Counted from the first letter of the whole stretch, positions 38,980-50,106 are shown. The stretch is DNA of 63,060 nt, filler included, from 5 parts of 5 records of this genome joined end to end with filler, not necessarily neighbours in it; one strand, 5' to 3'. Numbers and translations: made by a program. The notes: generated by a model not told the origin, from the sequence alone.

Positions 38980-38987
38980 CAAAAATA
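38980..38987 (-). promoter_or_regulatory. Bacteroidota -7 element upstream of aroC
   Basis: Minus strand TATTTTTG, 16 nt before the aroC ATG. Confidence 0.5.
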
Positions 38988-39140
38988 CGAGTTATTATAA
39001 CATTTACCCTATTGTTAAAAGTAACTATTTATTACCGAATTAATAGTACTATTGAGAAAACAAGGATCAATGTTTAATAGCCTCAAGTTGATATACTAAA
39101 AACTCAATAGGGAATCCTCAACAAACCCATTTCTTTTTTT

Positions 39141-39148
39141 TAAATTTG
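39141..39148 (+). promoter_or_regulatory. Bacteroidota -7 element upstream of the TlpA gene
   Basis: TAAATTTG, 14 nt before ATG 39163. Confidence 0.5.
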
Positions 39149-39162
39149 CTAAAACTTATTTT

Positions 39163-40299
39163 ATGCGTCAGTATTATTTTCTAGGTCTTTTTGTTTTTCT
39201 TTTTTTCTCTTGTCAACGTACTGAGTATACGTTAAACGTATCTGCCAATGTTGATGATAAACAGCAACTTTATTTGATTGCTCTTGATGAAAACAATCAG
39301 CCACAAACATTAGACACCCTGTATATAGAGCAAGGAATAACTTCATACTCAGGGTCTATGGAATTTCCAGAAATGCATTATTTATTGATGCAAGGAAATA
39401 GAGATGTAGTTCCTGTAATCCTTGAGCCAGGAACCATAGCAGTGGAAATATACAAGGACAGTATTCGTAAGTCTACTGTTGGTGGCACCAAGTCTAACAA
39501 GGAGTTTAAACGTTATATAAACGAATCCACTCCGCTTGTTGATGATTTGTTTGCTATTCAAAATGAAATGCGCAATGCGATGGTTTCTCGTGATAGTCTT
39601 GCCTTTGTTGATCTAAAAGAACAACTTGAAGAAATGCAATCCAAGTTCAAAGATTTCCAAGTTGACTATGTAACCGAGAACTCGGAATCATACATTTCTA
39701 CATTGATTTTAGAGCAACTTATCAACTCAAAAGGGATTGATACAGAAAAAGCAAAGGACTTATACACTCAGTTTAGCAATACCTTAAAAGGAACAAAGGC
39801 AGGAAAGAAAATCGAATCCCTTGTTGTTCCGGAAGAACCCGCTGAAGAGGAAGAAAATGATACTGTTAAAGACGGCAATGTAGAAGTCGGGGATAATGCT
39901 CCTGATTTTACTGCTCCTTCTGTTGATGGTTCGCCAACACGACTTTACGCCTCACTGGGGCAGTATACCATTTTAGATTTTTGGGCCTCATGGTGTAGAC
40001 CATGTCGTGTTGAAAGCCCTAACATGGTCAATCTCTATGAGAAATTTAAAACCAAAGGCTTGCGTATTATTGGCGTTTCCTTAGACAAAGACAAAGACCG
40101 TTGGGAAAAAGCCATTGAAAATGATAAGCTAGATTGGGATCACATCTCTAACCTTAAACGTTGGGAGGATCCAATTGCAGCCACATATGGTGTGAGTTCG
40201 ATACCCCAACTTTTCTTACTCGATAAAGATGGAAAGGTTGTTGCTAAAGAACGTAGAGCGGTAGACTTTATCCCACTGCTTACGGATTTACTTCCTTAA
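39163..40299 (+). CDS. TlpA-family disulfide reductase lipoprotein (DUF4369-type N-terminus)
   Basis: Lipobox FFSC; APDF, LDFWASWCRPCRVESP, IIGVSLD. Confidence 0.88.
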   Translation: MRQYYFLGLFVFLFFSCQRTEYTLNVSANVDDKQQLYLIALDENNQPQTLDTLYIEQGITSYSGSMEFPEMHYLLMQGNRDVVPVILEPGTIAVEIYKDSIRKSTVGGTKSNKEFKRYINESTPLVDDLFAIQNEMRNAMVSRDSLAFVDLKEQLEEMQSKFKDFQVDYVTENSESYISTLILEQLINSKGIDTEKAKDLYTQFSNTLKGTKAGKKIESLVVPEEPAEEEENDTVKDGNVEVGDNAPDFTAPSVDGSPTRLYASLGQYTILDFWASWCRPCRVESPNMVNLYEKFKTKGLRIIGVSLDKDKDRWEKAIENDKLDWDHISNLKRWEDPIAATYGVSSIPQLFLLDKDGKVVAKERRAVDFIPLLTDLLP

Positions 40300-40333
40300 C
40301 ATCAGACATGCTTAGGCATTCATTGTACTAAAC

Positions 40334-41215
40334 ATGGACCGAATTATTTATTTTCTAGTCGCCCCACTACTGATATTAACATCACGTCTCCCATTTTGGT
40401 TTTTATATCAGTTGTCTAATATACTATACCCATTAATGTATTATGTTTTCAGATACAGAAGAAAGGTAGTTCGAAAAAACATTCTACTTTCTGGCGTGAG
40501 TAAAAGCAAAAAACAACTACTAGAAATCGAGCGCGGGTTCTATCGCTATTTGTGTGATTTATTTTTAGAAATGATAAAAGTACGGGGGATGTCAAAAACT
40601 GAGATGATGTCTAAGTTTAAAGTCACTAATCCCGAAATTATTGAAGCCTATGCAAAGCAAGGGAAATCGGTATTTGTAATGACGGGACATTATGCCAACT
40701 TTGAGTGGTTACTTTCTCTCGGACATCATGTGTCGTTAAAACCCTACGGAATTTACGCACCTTTAGAGAACGGCTATTTTGATAATTACATTAAAAAAGT
40801 GCGGTCACTACACGGTTCATTTTTGATATCAAGGAAAAAGTTTACTGAAGAATTTACTGCAATGCAACGTGCAAAGGAATTGAGCGTTATCGGATTTGCA
40901 GCAGATCAATCACCTAGACGGCATAAACGCAACCACCATCTAAAGTTTTTTGGCAATGATGTTCCTGTTTTCACAGGTGCTGAACGCCTCGGAAAAGAAT
41001 TTAAAGTGCCCATTTTTATGGCTAAGATAAAACGGGTTAAACGCGGGTTTTATGAAACTACAATTCATTTATTGGCAGAAGACCCAACAAGTATACCAGA
41101 TTATCAAATTACGGAAACGTATTATAAAGCACTTGAAGATCAGATTAGGGAAGATCCAACGTATTACTTCTGGACACACAACCGCTTTAAACTGATGCGA
41201 CAAAAGCATCAATAG
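40334..41215 (+). CDS. Lipid A late acyltransferase (LpxL/HtrB family)
   Basis: GHYANFEW, ADQSP, FFG, YFWTHNRFK. Confidence 0.88.
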   Translation: MDRIIYFLVAPLLILTSRLPFWFLYQLSNILYPLMYYVFRYRRKVVRKNILLSGVSKSKKQLLEIERGFYRYLCDLFLEMIKVRGMSKTEMMSKFKVTNPEIIEAYAKQGKSVFVMTGHYANFEWLLSLGHHVSLKPYGIYAPLENGYFDNYIKKVRSLHGSFLISRKKFTEEFTAMQRAKELSVIGFAADQSPRRHKRNHHLKFFGNDVPVFTGAERLGKEFKVPIFMAKIKRVKRGFYETTIHLLAEDPTSIPDYQITETYYKALEDQIREDPTYYFWTHNRFKLMRQKHQ

Positions 41216-42575
41216 CAGCCTCTATTATTTTTATTCTCTTTTCTATAACGGCTACATTTGAAGCTTCTGCATACAAGCGAATTATGGGCTCTGTATTTGA
41301 CTTTCGCAGGTGTATCCAAGAATCATCAAAATCAATTTTCAAACCATCAATAGTGGTTACTTGTTCTGACTGAAATGTTTCTACTATAAACACCAATAAG
41401 GCATCAACATCCCAATCGGGTGAGAGCGCTATTTTCTGCTTGCGCATAACATAATTTGTATAGCGATTTTTGAGTTGGGATGCGGCAACAGCTTTTTTTG
41501 CTAAATAGCTCAAGAACAAAGCAATACCGATTAGCGCATCACGACCATAGTGAAGCGATGGTAAAATTACACCTCCATTTCCCTCACCACCAATTACGGC
41601 ATCGACAGCTTTCATTTTTTCAACTACATGCACCTCTCCTACTGCGCTCGCGTAATAAGGCACTTGATAGGTGGTAGCCAAATCAGCCAAAGCGCGGGAA
41701 GATGATAAGTTAGATACGACTGCTCCTTTTTGGTGTTGCAGGACATAGTCAGCACAGCAAACCAACGTATACTCTTCTCCAAATAAAACACCATGCTCAT
41801 CAACAAACACCAATCGATCTACGTCAGGGTCAACAGCAATCCCTAGTTGGGCATCACTAGAACGAACAGCTTCAGACAAGTCAATAAGATTTTCTTTTAG
41901 TGGTTCGGGGTTGTGTGGAAATTCTCCATTTGGAGTACAATGAATAGGTGTTGTGTGCGCACCTAACTTTTCTAACAGCATGGGGACAGCAACGCCGCCC
42001 GATGAATTCACACCATCTACAACAACCTTAAACCCTTTTGATTTAATAGCAGCAACGTCAACCATCGGATGGGCTAAAATAGCATCAATATGAGCTGATA
42101 ACGCAGTATCAACTTGTGTGATACTTCCTAAGGCATCAACTTCTGAAAACTCAAACGTTTGGTTAGTTACGAATTCCATCAACAATTGACCATCTGCTTG
42201 ACTAATAAACTCTCCTTTGCTATTAAGGAGCTTTAAGGCATTCCATTGTTTTGGGTTATGACTTGCGGTAAGTATAATTCCTCCTTGTGCTTTTTGTCGA
42301 ACAACTTCCATTTCAACAGTAGGCGTTGTAGATAAGCCCACGTCAATCACATTGATTCCCAAGGCAACAAGTGTCTGTTGAACAAGTTCTTGAACCATAG
42401 GGCCAGAAATCCGTGCATCACGACCAATAACGACTGTACATTGCGATTGATATGATGTTTTTATCCAACTCCCATATGCAGCTGCAAAAGAAACAATATC
42501 TACAGGTGTAAGATTGGTGTGAACTTTACCACCAATTGTACCACGTATTCCCGAAACGGACGAGATTAAAGTCAT
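41187..42575 (-). CDS. glmM: Phosphoglucosamine mutase / phosphohexomutase
   Basis: SGIRG, TASHNP, DPDVDR, GGEGNGG, RKSNTEP. Confidence 0.85.
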   Translation of the reverse strand: MTLISSVSGIRGTIGGKVHTNLTPVDIVSFAAAYGSWIKTSYQSQCTVVIGRDARISGPMVQELVQQTLVALGINVIDVGLSTTPTVEMEVVRQKAQGGIILTASHNPKQWNALKLLNSKGEFISQADGQLLMEFVTNQTFEFSEVDALGSITQVDTALSAHIDAILAHPMVDVAAIKSKGFKVVVDGVNSSGGVAVPMLLEKLGAHTTPIHCTPNGEFPHNPEPLKENLIDLSEAVRSSDAQLGIAVDPDVDRLVFVDEHGVLFGEEYTLVCCADYVLQHQKGAVVSNLSSSRALADLATTYQVPYYASAVGEVHVVEKMKAVDAVIGGEGNGGVILPSLHYGRDALIGIALFLSYLAKKAVAASQLKNRYTNYVMRKQKIALSPDWDVDALLVFIVETFQSEQVTTIDGLKIDFDDSWIHLRKSNTEPIIRLYAEASNVAVIEKRIKIIEAAIDAFVASV

Positions 42576-42588
42576 ATTTTTGTTTTGT

Positions 42589-42596
42589 CAAATATA
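42589..42596 (-). promoter_or_regulatory. Bacteroidota -7 element upstream of glmM
   Basis: Minus strand TATATTTG, 13 nt before the ATG. Confidence 0.5.
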
Positions 42597-42616
42597 ACAA
42601 TTACCCTACTGGTCTT

Positions 42617-43204
42617 ATGAACTACTTAGCACATTTAGCATTGGCCTATCCTGACAAAGGTCTTACAATTGGTAATTTTATTGGCGACCACGTGCGTAAC
42701 AAGGATTTAAGCAGTTTTACCAATGCTATCCAAGATGGTGTGGTAATGCATCGAAGTATTGACACTTTTACTGACAACCATCCGATTACTAAAGAATTAC
42801 GACACGTATTATTTACAGAATACCGACACGTATCTCGTGTGCTTATTGATATATATTATGATCATTTTTTAGCTGTTCATTTCACCCATTTCCATGAATC
42901 AGCACTTCCAGAATTTATTGTCAATGTACAAGCACTTTTGCAGCAAGAAAAAGAAATACTACCCGATACTGCCCAGCGCTATTTAACAGGGATGGTTTCT
43001 CAAGACTGGTTAACGGCTTATGCCCATATTACTGGCATTAATTCGGTACTTAGTAAAATGGCTAAACGAAGTGGTTTGTAAGGCCTTGCAAGTGGCATAG
43101 ATGGATTGAAAAGCCATTATAAAATACTCGAAAAGGGATTTATGCGTTTTTACCCTGAATTAATCCTTTTTTGCCTTCCATTCAAAAAGAACAACATTGG
43201 GTGA
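42617..43204 (+). pseudogene. acpH: ACP phosphodiesterase (AcpH/DUF479) with premature TAA
   Basis: MNYLAHL, GNFIGD, HRSIDTFTDNHP, DIYYDHFLA. TAA at 43079-43081; the same frame continues ...LKSHYKILEKGFMRFYPEL to TGA 43202-43204. Confidence 0.75.
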
Positions 43205-43246
43205 AAACATGAGAAAAATCTTTTATATTCGAAGATTGTCTACGCT

Positions 43247-43487
43247 ATGAAAGATTACATTGTAGTTCAAGGGTCACGAGTACATAACCTGAAGAACATT
43301 GACGTACAAATACCACGCAATGAACTTGTTGTGATTACGGGATTATCAGGAAGTGGTAAATCCTCCCTTGCCTTCGATACCATCTATGCCGAAGGTCAAC
43401 GACGATACATTGAAACCTTTTCGGCCTATGCACGTCAATTTTTGGGCGGATTAGAACGACCTGATGTTGATAAAATTGATGGATTAT
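43247..43487 (+). CDS. uvrA: Excinuclease ABC subunit A, N-terminal fragment
   Basis: [35 protein letters not shown]; truncated at contig end. Confidence 0.95.
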
Positions 43488-43587
43488 NNNNNNNNNNNNN
43501 NNNNNNNNNNNNNNNNNNNNNNNNNNNNNNNTTAATTAATTAANNNNNNNNNNNNNNNNNNNNNNNNNNNNNNNNNNNNNNNNNNNN
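43488..43587. other. Artificial contig spacer
   Basis: N-run with central TTAATTAATTAA. Confidence 0.98.
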
Positions 43588-43614
43588 TACTCTATCCAGC
43601 TGAGCTACGGGTGC
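43588..43614 (-). tRNA. tRNA 5' fragment, likely tRNA-Arg; truncated at contig edge
   Basis: Minus strand GCACCCGTAGCTCAGCTGGATAGAGTA (acceptor strand plus D-arm typical of Arg); TTGCCA-17-TAAATC promoter upstream; anticodon absent. Confidence 0.8.
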
Positions 43615-43684
43615 ATTAAAGGCGATTTACTTTGCCTGTTGGCAGTTGGCAAGAGCCAATTTTAAATTTATCAAACTAGCTTTT

Positions 43685-45265
43685 CTAAATTTTAATATTT
43701 AATGCTGCAGAAATTAATTCTTTTGTATAATTTGATTTTGGACTTTCAAAGATTTCTTTGTTTGTTCCAGTCTCCACAATATTACCGTTATACATAACTA
43801 TTACTTTGTGGCTTAGAGCACGAATAACACGTAGGTCATGGCTAATAAATAAATATGCTAAGCCATACTTAATTTGCAAATCACGTAAAAGTTTAACGAT
43901 TTGGACTTGAACTGTCATATCTAATGCAGACGTAGGTTCATCTAATATAAGGAGTTTAGGCTTAAGTATCATGGCTCTAGCAATTGCTATTCGTTGGCGC
44001 TGTCCACCCGAAAATTCATGGGGGTAACGGTCAATCATATCTTTTTCTAAACCAACTTCTATCAATATATTCTCTACCATTGCCCTTCGGTTTTGACCTT
44101 TATCTAAGTTATGGACATCCAAGCCTTCAGAAATAATTTGTTCAATTGTAAAGCGTGGTGATAAGGATCCATATGGATCTTGAAAAACCATTTGAATATC
44201 ACGTCTAAATGGTTTCAATTGCTTATTAGTAAGTCCGTCTAGCTTATTGCCCATAAACGTAATTTGCCCTTTTGAGGAAATAAGACGCATTATTGCTAAA
44301 GCTAATGTGGTTTTGCCAGAACCACTCTCACCAACAATTCCAAGTGTTTCGCCCTGTGCTATATTTAAGCTCGCATCATTAACAGCTTTTACATTGCCAA
44401 CAACTTTCCTCAAAAGGCCTTTAACAATTGGAAACCAAACTTTTAAATTTTTAATATTTATAATTTCAAAAGCATTTGATTTTATGGGTTTTGGAAAACC
44501 TGAAGGTTCTGCATTTAAGAGTTTTTTGGTATATTCATGATTTGGAGAGCTAAAAATTTCATTTGTTGCACCAGCCTCAACAATTTCACCGTCTTTCATT
44601 ACGCAAACACGATCTGCTATGCGCCTTACAACGCTAAGATCATGAGTAATAAATAACATTCCCATTCCTTCAGATTTTTGTATGTTTGCTAATAATTCTA
44701 AAATCTGAGCCTGAATGGTTACGTCTAATGCGGTGGTTGGTTCGTCAGCAATTAACAAATCAGGTTTATTAGCTAGCGCCATTGCAATCATAATTCGTTG
44801 GCGTTGGCCGCCAGAAAGTTGATGAGGATAATTTGAAATTTTTCTATGAGCTTCGTCTATCCCAACCTTTGAAAGTAAATCTAATATTTTTTCTGTAACT
44901 TTTGATCCTTTTAATCCTTGGTGAAGTTTTAAACTCTCGCTTAGCTGGCGTTCAATTGTATGAAGTGGATTAAGAGAAGTCATTGGTTCTTGAAATATAA
45001 AACTAATGTCATTACCCCTGATTTTGCGCAAATCTTTGTTAGAAGTATTTATTATTTCTTTTCCACAATACTTAACAGAACCAGTTATGTCTGCTGATTG
45101 GTTAATTAAACTGACAGTAGCAAGTGCAGTGACTGATTTCCCAGATCCACTTTCACCCACTAATGCAACAGTTTCACCTTTTCTTATTGTTAAGCTTACA
45201 TTTTTAACAGCTTTGTTTTTACCAAAATAGACTGATAGATTTTTTATTGCTAAAATCTGTTTCAT
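43685..45265 (-). CDS. yejF: Peptide ABC transporter double ATPase
   Basis: Two GESGSGK[ST] Walker A motifs, [20 protein letters not shown]; last gene of a yej-type operon. Confidence 0.85.
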   Translation of the reverse strand: MKQILAIKNLSVYFGKNKAVKNVSLTIRKGETVALVGESGSGKSVTALATVSLINQSADITGSVKYCGKEIINTSNKDLRKIRGNDISFIFQEPMTSLNPLHTIERQLSESLKLHQGLKGSKVTEKILDLLSKVGIDEAHRKISNYPHQLSGGQRQRIMIAMALANKPDLLIADEPTTALDVTIQAQILELLANIQKSEGMGMLFITHDLSVVRRIADRVCVMKDGEIVEAGATNEIFSSPNHEYTKKLLNAEPSGFPKPIKSNAFEIINIKNLKVWFPIVKGLLRKVVGNVKAVNDASLNIAQGETLGIVGESGSGKTTLALAIMRLISSKGQITFMGNKLDGLTNKQLKPFRRDIQMVFQDPYGSLSPRFTIEQIISEGLDVHNLDKGQNRRAMVENILIEVGLEKDMIDRYPHEFSGGQRQRIAIARAMILKPKLLILDEPTSALDMTVQVQIVKLLRDLQIKYGLAYLFISHDLRVIRALSHKVIVMYNGNIVETGTNKEIFESPKSNYTKELISAALNIKI

Positions 45266-46383
45266 TTAAATGTCTTTCGAGGGTCAAAAGCATCTCGAAC
45301 ACCTTCAAAAACAAAAACTAGCAAAGATAACATTGTTGCTAAAGTAATGAACGCTGAGAATGCTAACCATGGAGCTTGAAGATTGTTTTTTGCTTGAAGC
45401 GCTAATTCACCTAGAGATGGGTAGCTGGGTGGTAATCCATATCCCAGAAAGTCTAATGTTGTTAATGTTCCAATTGATGCAGTGATTGTAAATGGTAAGA
45501 ATGTAAGTGTTGCAACCATTGCATTAGGTAAAAGATGACGGAACATTATTTTTGTATCGCTCACGCCCATAGCTCTTGCTGCTCGAGTATATTCGAAATT
45601 ACGTGCTCTTAAAAACTCTGCACGAACGACGCCGAGTAAGCCGGTCCAACTAAATAAAATAACTAGGAACACTAATATTGGAAAATTTATATTAAATAAA
45701 GCTGCCATAATTATAATAACATACAGCATTGGCATTCCATCCCAGATTTCCACTAACCTTTGTAGGATTAAGTCTACCCAGCCACCGAAGTAGCCCATGA
45801 TAGCACCAGCGGCAATTCCAATGATTGAGCTGAAAAAAACAACTATTAATCCAAAGATTGTAGATATTCTAAAACCATAAATTATTCTGGCAACAACATC
45901 ACGAGTTTGGTCATCAGTTCCTAAAAAATGATTATTATCAGGTGGAGATGGCGCGCGATCAATATCATAGTTAATTGTGTTAAAGCTATAAGGAATTGGT
46001 GCCCATAACATCCAACCTTTTAATGTTTCTTGATTTGAGGACTCTAGTGAACCATTACCTAAAGAAGTTATTGTTTCTTCTGGCTCATCAAGGCAAACTT
46101 CAAGGCCACCAGTCTTTATCAAACACTGTGTTTCAATCTCTTGATAAATAGCTTCTGTTTTAAAATCACCACCAAAATAAAATTCTGAATAATATTTGAA
46201 TGCAGGGGAATGTAATTCACCTTTGAAGCTAACAAGTAGTGGCTTATCATTTGCTATTAATTCTGCAAATAAACATAATACGAAAATTATTCCAAATATC
46301 CAAAGAGACCAATAAGCACGTCTATTAGATTTAAAGTTTTGCCAGCGCCTTTTTGAAAGTGGTGATTTAAATATTTTTTTCAT
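45262..46383 (-). CDS. yejE: Peptide ABC transporter permease
   Basis: AELIANDKPL, LGTDDQTRDV, VRAEFLRARNFEY, EGVRDAFDPR. Confidence 0.87.
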   Translation of the reverse strand: MKKIFKSPLSKRRWQNFKSNRRAYWSLWIFGIIFVLCLFAELIANDKPLLVSFKGELHSPAFKYYSEFYFGGDFKTEAIYQEIETQCLIKTGGLEVCLDEPEETITSLGNGSLESSNQETLKGWMLWAPIPYSFNTINYDIDRAPSPPDNNHFLGTDDQTRDVVARIIYGFRISTIFGLIVVFFSSIIGIAAGAIMGYFGGWVDLILQRLVEIWDGMPMLYVIIIMAALFNINFPILVFLVILFSWTGLLGVVRAEFLRARNFEYTRAARAMGVSDTKIMFRHLLPNAMVATLTFLPFTITASIGTLTTLDFLGYGLPPSYPSLGELALQAKNNLQAPWLAFSAFITLATMLSLLVFVFEGVRDAFDPRKTFK

Positions 46384-47468
46384 TACGTTTCACGGCTTCC
46401 AAAATCAATTCGTGGGTCTATCCATATATAGGTAAGATCGGAAAGTAATTTCACCAGTAAGCCAATTAAAGCGAATATATAAAGGGTAGCAAAAAATACT
46501 TGATAGTCACGATTTATAGCTGCTTCATATCCAAGTAGGCCAAGTCCATCTAACGAAAATATAACCTCAATTATTAATGATCCACCAAAAAATATTCCAA
46601 CAAATAATGCTGGAAAACCACTTATAACTATCAGCATCGCATTTCTAAAAATATGGCCATAAAAGACATTAAATTCTGTTAAGCCTTTTGCTCTAGCGGT
46701 CATGACATACTGTTTATTTATTTCGTCAAGAAAACTATTTTTTGTTAAAAGAGTTAACGTGGCAAATGCAGCAATAGTAGAAGTTAAAATTGGTAATGCT
46801 GCATGCCAAAAATAGTCAATTATTCTTTCAAAGAATCCAAAATCTGATGCGCCCTCAGAAGCAAGGCCTCTTAATGGAAAAATTTGCCAATAAGATCCCC
46901 CGGCAAACAAGACTATTAATAGAATGCCAAAAAGTAATCCTGGAATTGCATATGCTGCAATTATGATCCCAGAAGTCCAAACATCGAATGTTGACCCATC
47001 TTTAACAGCTTTGCGAATTCCTAGAGGTATTGATACTAAATAAGCTAATAAAGTTGACCACAAACCTAGCGTTATAGACACTGGCATTTTTTCTAAAATT
47101 AAATCAATTATAGTTATTGATCTAAAATAACTTTCACCAAAATCAAATCTAATATAATTCCATATCATGGTTAGGAATCTCTCTACGGGAGGCTTATCAA
47201 ATCCAAATTGTCTTTCTAAATCTTCAATTAATTCAGGTGGTAATCCACGAGCACCTTTATACTCATTATTTTCTGATTGGCTGTTTGAGTCATCACCACT
47301 ACCACCAGTGAATCTATCAGTTGCACCTGCAGATCCATCTTCCATCTGTGCAATTATCTGTTCAATTGGACCACCTGGAACAAATTGAATTAATATAAAG
47401 TTAATAAGCATAATTCCTATTAAAGTTGGAATTATTAAAAGTAATCTTCTAAGAATATATGCACCCAT
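46383..47468 (-). CDS. yejB: Peptide ABC transporter permease
   Basis: MGAYILRRLLLIIPTL, QFVPGGP, TKNSFLDEI, YVMTARAKGL, DPRIDF. Confidence 0.88.
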   Translation of the reverse strand: MGAYILRRLLLIIPTLIGIMLINFILIQFVPGGPIEQIIAQMEDGSAGATDRFTGGSGDDSNSQSENNEYKGARGLPPELIEDLERQFGFDKPPVERFLTMIWNYIRFDFGESYFRSITIIDLILEKMPVSITLGLWSTLLAYLVSIPLGIRKAVKDGSTFDVWTSGIIIAAYAIPGLLFGILLIVLFAGGSYWQIFPLRGLASEGASDFGFFERIIDYFWHAALPILTSTIAAFATLTLLTKNSFLDEINKQYVMTARAKGLTEFNVFYGHIFRNAMLIVISGFPALFVGIFFGGSLIIEVIFSLDGLGLLGYEAAINRDYQVFFATLYIFALIGLLVKLLSDLTYIWIDPRIDFGSRET

Positions 47469-49343
47469 TTATTTGAAAGCACCCTTTGATACGAGCTCAT
47501 CATATTTCTTTTGGTCAAACCACCAAGTGCCCATTACACCAAGTGCATATTTTGGTTTAATTTCAGGTCGACCAAACACGTCCCAATAGGCCAAACGATC
47601 TTCTGCTAAATGCCAATTAGGAATACGTATGTGATATGCTCTTAAAATTCGATCAATCGCTCGTACTGCAATATGCATTTCACTTCTCGTTTTTGCTCCT
47701 CCTACTTTTTTGATTAAATCGTCTACAGCTGGGTGACCAAAGCCAGATAGGTTTGCTCCACCAAGCTGCTCAATGCCAACAGAGCCATATAACTGAGCTA
47801 TTTCTTCTCCTGGACTTGAGCTTGTACCATAACCGGCAACAAGTACATCAAAGTCATAATTCTTCATGCGCTCAATCATTTGTGCACGATCAATTTGCGT
47901 AAATTTTGCATCTATTCCGGCACGTTTCATAGTGTCTATGATTGGTGATAAAATATGTAAGAAATCATCGTTGTCATCTATGAATTCAATTTTGAATGCA
48001 GTTCCGTTTTCATCTTTTAAAATTCCATTATCTAATAGCCAACCAGCTTCTTCTAGCAATTTACTTGCAGTTCGTAATGCCTTTCTATCAAACTTATTTT
48101 GTTTCATAACAGGTGGAATGTAAGCTGGATCATCAAAAATAGAAGATATTAATTGATCGCGATATGGCTCAATTAGACTAAGTTCATTATTGGCAATAAG
48201 GCCTTGAGCTTGCATTTCAGAATTTTCCCAGAAGCTGTCCGAGCGAGTATATGAATCATAAAAAACGGTTTTATTTGTCCATTCAAAGTTGAATAAATGT
48301 TGAAGTGCTTCACGAGTTTTTATGTTTTTAAATTGGTTTTTTCGTAAATTTATCCAAATACCTTGATTCGACTGTGGGGAACCGTCAGGAAGCTGTTCTG
48401 CCTTTACCCAACCTTTTTGAATGGCAGGAAAATCATATTGAGTTTTCCATTTTTTAGAAATATTCTCTTCACGAACTAAATAAGCCCCACTTTTGAAAGC
48501 TTCAAAACTCACATCTCCATCCTTAAAATACTCATAGCGAATGCAGTCAAAGTTACCAGTACCAACATTTGCGGGGTGATTTTCTGCCCAATAATCTGTT
48601 ATTTTACAATATTTAACAAATAACCCTGGCTCAAAATCAGTAATTGTATAGCCTCCAGACCCAACTGGAATGTCTGTTCCAGATTTACCAAAATCTCGGT
48701 CTTTCCAATAATGTTTTGGTAATATTGCTAGTCCGCCAGCATATTGTGGCAAATCACGCATATTTGCGCCTTTTTTAAAATTAAATTTAACAGTTTTATC
48801 ATCCAATATTTCAATTTCATCAAAATCTTTGAAAAATACATTTTTATAAAATGGATGACCTTTTTCGATTAATATATCGTGAGTAAACTTTACATCGTAT
48901 GCTGTAACAGGTTTCCCATCTGAAAAAGTTGCATCCTGCCGTATTTTGAAAATGACCCATGAGCGATCTTTTGGGTATTCCATACTCTCTGCCATATACA
49001 AATAAGAACTATCAGGTTCATCAGCGGAAGCTATTAGTAAACTATCAGAAAGCAGACCCAAGCCTGTTACACGAGCTCCTTTTAAAATATAATTATTAAA
49101 ACTATCAAAAGTAGAGCCACCTGTTGAAGGGCGTAATGTTAAAGTTCCACCTTGAGGCGCATCTGGATTAACATAATCAAAATTTTTATAATTTGCTGGA
49201 TATTTTAAATCTCCATAAGCCGAAATACCATGAGTTTTAAGTATTTCTTCCGCATTTGTAATGCTACCAAATAGGATTAGTAAGCTAAAAGCTATTATGT
49301 TGTTTATTTTAAAATACCGTTGCATTTCTTTCAAAGCCTCCAT
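47469..49343 (-). CDS. yejA: Peptide ABC transporter substrate-binding protein
   Basis: Signal peptide; HGISAYGDLKYP, FDYVNPDAPQGG, FDSFN, FNFEWTN, WW C-terminus. Confidence 0.87.
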   Translation of the reverse strand: MEALKEMQRYFKINNIIAFSLLILFGSITNAEEILKTHGISAYGDLKYPANYKNFDYVNPDAPQGGTLTLRPSTGGSTFDSFNNYILKGARVTGLGLLSDSLLIASADEPDSSYLYMAESMEYPKDRSWVIFKIRQDATFSDGKPVTAYDVKFTHDILIEKGHPFYKNVFFKDFDEIEILDDKTVKFNFKKGANMRDLPQYAGGLAILPKHYWKDRDFGKSGTDIPVGSGGYTITDFEPGLFVKYCKITDYWAENHPANVGTGNFDCIRYEYFKDGDVSFEAFKSGAYLVREENISKKWKTQYDFPAIQKGWVKAEQLPDGSPQSNQGIWINLRKNQFKNIKTREALQHLFNFEWTNKTVFYDSYTRSDSFWENSEMQAQGLIANNELSLIEPYRDQLISSIFDDPAYIPPVMKQNKFDRKALRTASKLLEEAGWLLDNGILKDENGTAFKIEFIDDNDDFLHILSPIIDTMKRAGIDAKFTQIDRAQMIERMKNYDFDVLVAGYGTSSSPGEEIAQLYGSVGIEQLGGANLSGFGHPAVDDLIKKVGGAKTRSEMHIAVRAIDRILRAYHIRIPNWHLAEDRLAYWDVFGRPEIKPKYALGVMGTWWFDQKKYDELVSKGAFK

Positions 49344-49404
49344 TTTTTTTCATACTATGTGATTTTGAAGAGATCTCAACACAAAGAGGCATTTAAATAC
49401 TAAT

Positions 49405-49431
49405 AAAAAAAGCCGCCCCATTGGGACGGCC
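49405..49431 (-). terminator. Intrinsic terminator after cytochrome c gene
   Basis: Minus strand GGCCGTCCCAATGGGGCGGCTTTTTTT. Confidence 0.8.
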
Positions 49432-49452
49432 TAAAAAATAAAATAATTTGAA

Positions 49453-49986
49453 TTATTTGATTGTTTGAAGGTAAGCAATTATATTTGCTCTATCTGTATC
49501 TTTCTTGATACCAGCGAAGCCCATTTTAGTACCAGGCGCGTATTTTTTTGGATTTGTTAAAAATCCATTTAGTGCATCTGTAGACCAATTTCCATCAAGC
49601 CCTGCCAAAACAGCTGAATAACCAAATTCATCAATTGAGCCTATGTCACGATCTACTACATTAAATAAATGAGGGCCGGTTCCATTAGCTCCGTCAGCAA
49701 GTTTGTGACAAGCTTTACATTTTGAATATACCTTTTGCCCTTTGGAAACATCAGCAACTGCTAGTAGATCTGAAAGGTTTGATTCGACAACAACAGTTTC
49801 TGTTTCTTCTTCTGCTTTATAGATTGATGCTGGTGCAAGTGAAGCACTTTCTGAATGTGAATCTCCGTGCCCACTATCGCCAGATTCAACATGATAAAGA
49901 GTTTCTGCAGCCCAATTAATCATTAAAAAGATTAATAAAGCCCCACATACTGCTCCAGTGATTTTTGTGAATTCCATATTGTCCAT
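49453..49986 (-). CDS. Membrane-anchored cytochrome c (CycM/cy-type)
   Basis: MDNMEFTK start after GGAG; N-terminal TM; CKACH heme motif; GPHL; PGTKMGFAG. Confidence 0.9.
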   Translation of the reverse strand: MDNMEFTKITGAVCGALLIFLMINWAAETLYHVESGDSGHGDSHSESASLAPASIYKAEEETETVVVESNLSDLLAVADVSKGQKVYSKCKACHKLADGANGTGPHLFNVVDRDIGSIDEFGYSAVLAGLDGNWSTDALNGFLTNPKKYAPGTKMGFAGIKKDTDRANIIAYLQTIK

Positions 49987-50106
49987 AGCTGTGTTCTCCG
50001 TAGGCTTTGGATTCTTTAATTTAACTGTTGCCCTTCTAGCCTCTTCCAATGTGACAATGCAAGATGTAGAACCGCGACTAAACGACCATTTTAAGAGGAA
50101 CGTGAA

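Noticed and set aside
20193..43081. Stop-codon reassignment explaining the internal TAG (VOC) and TAA (acpH)
   Set aside because: The cases are on different contigs with different codons, each a single instance; TAG and TAA end normal genes on the same contigs.
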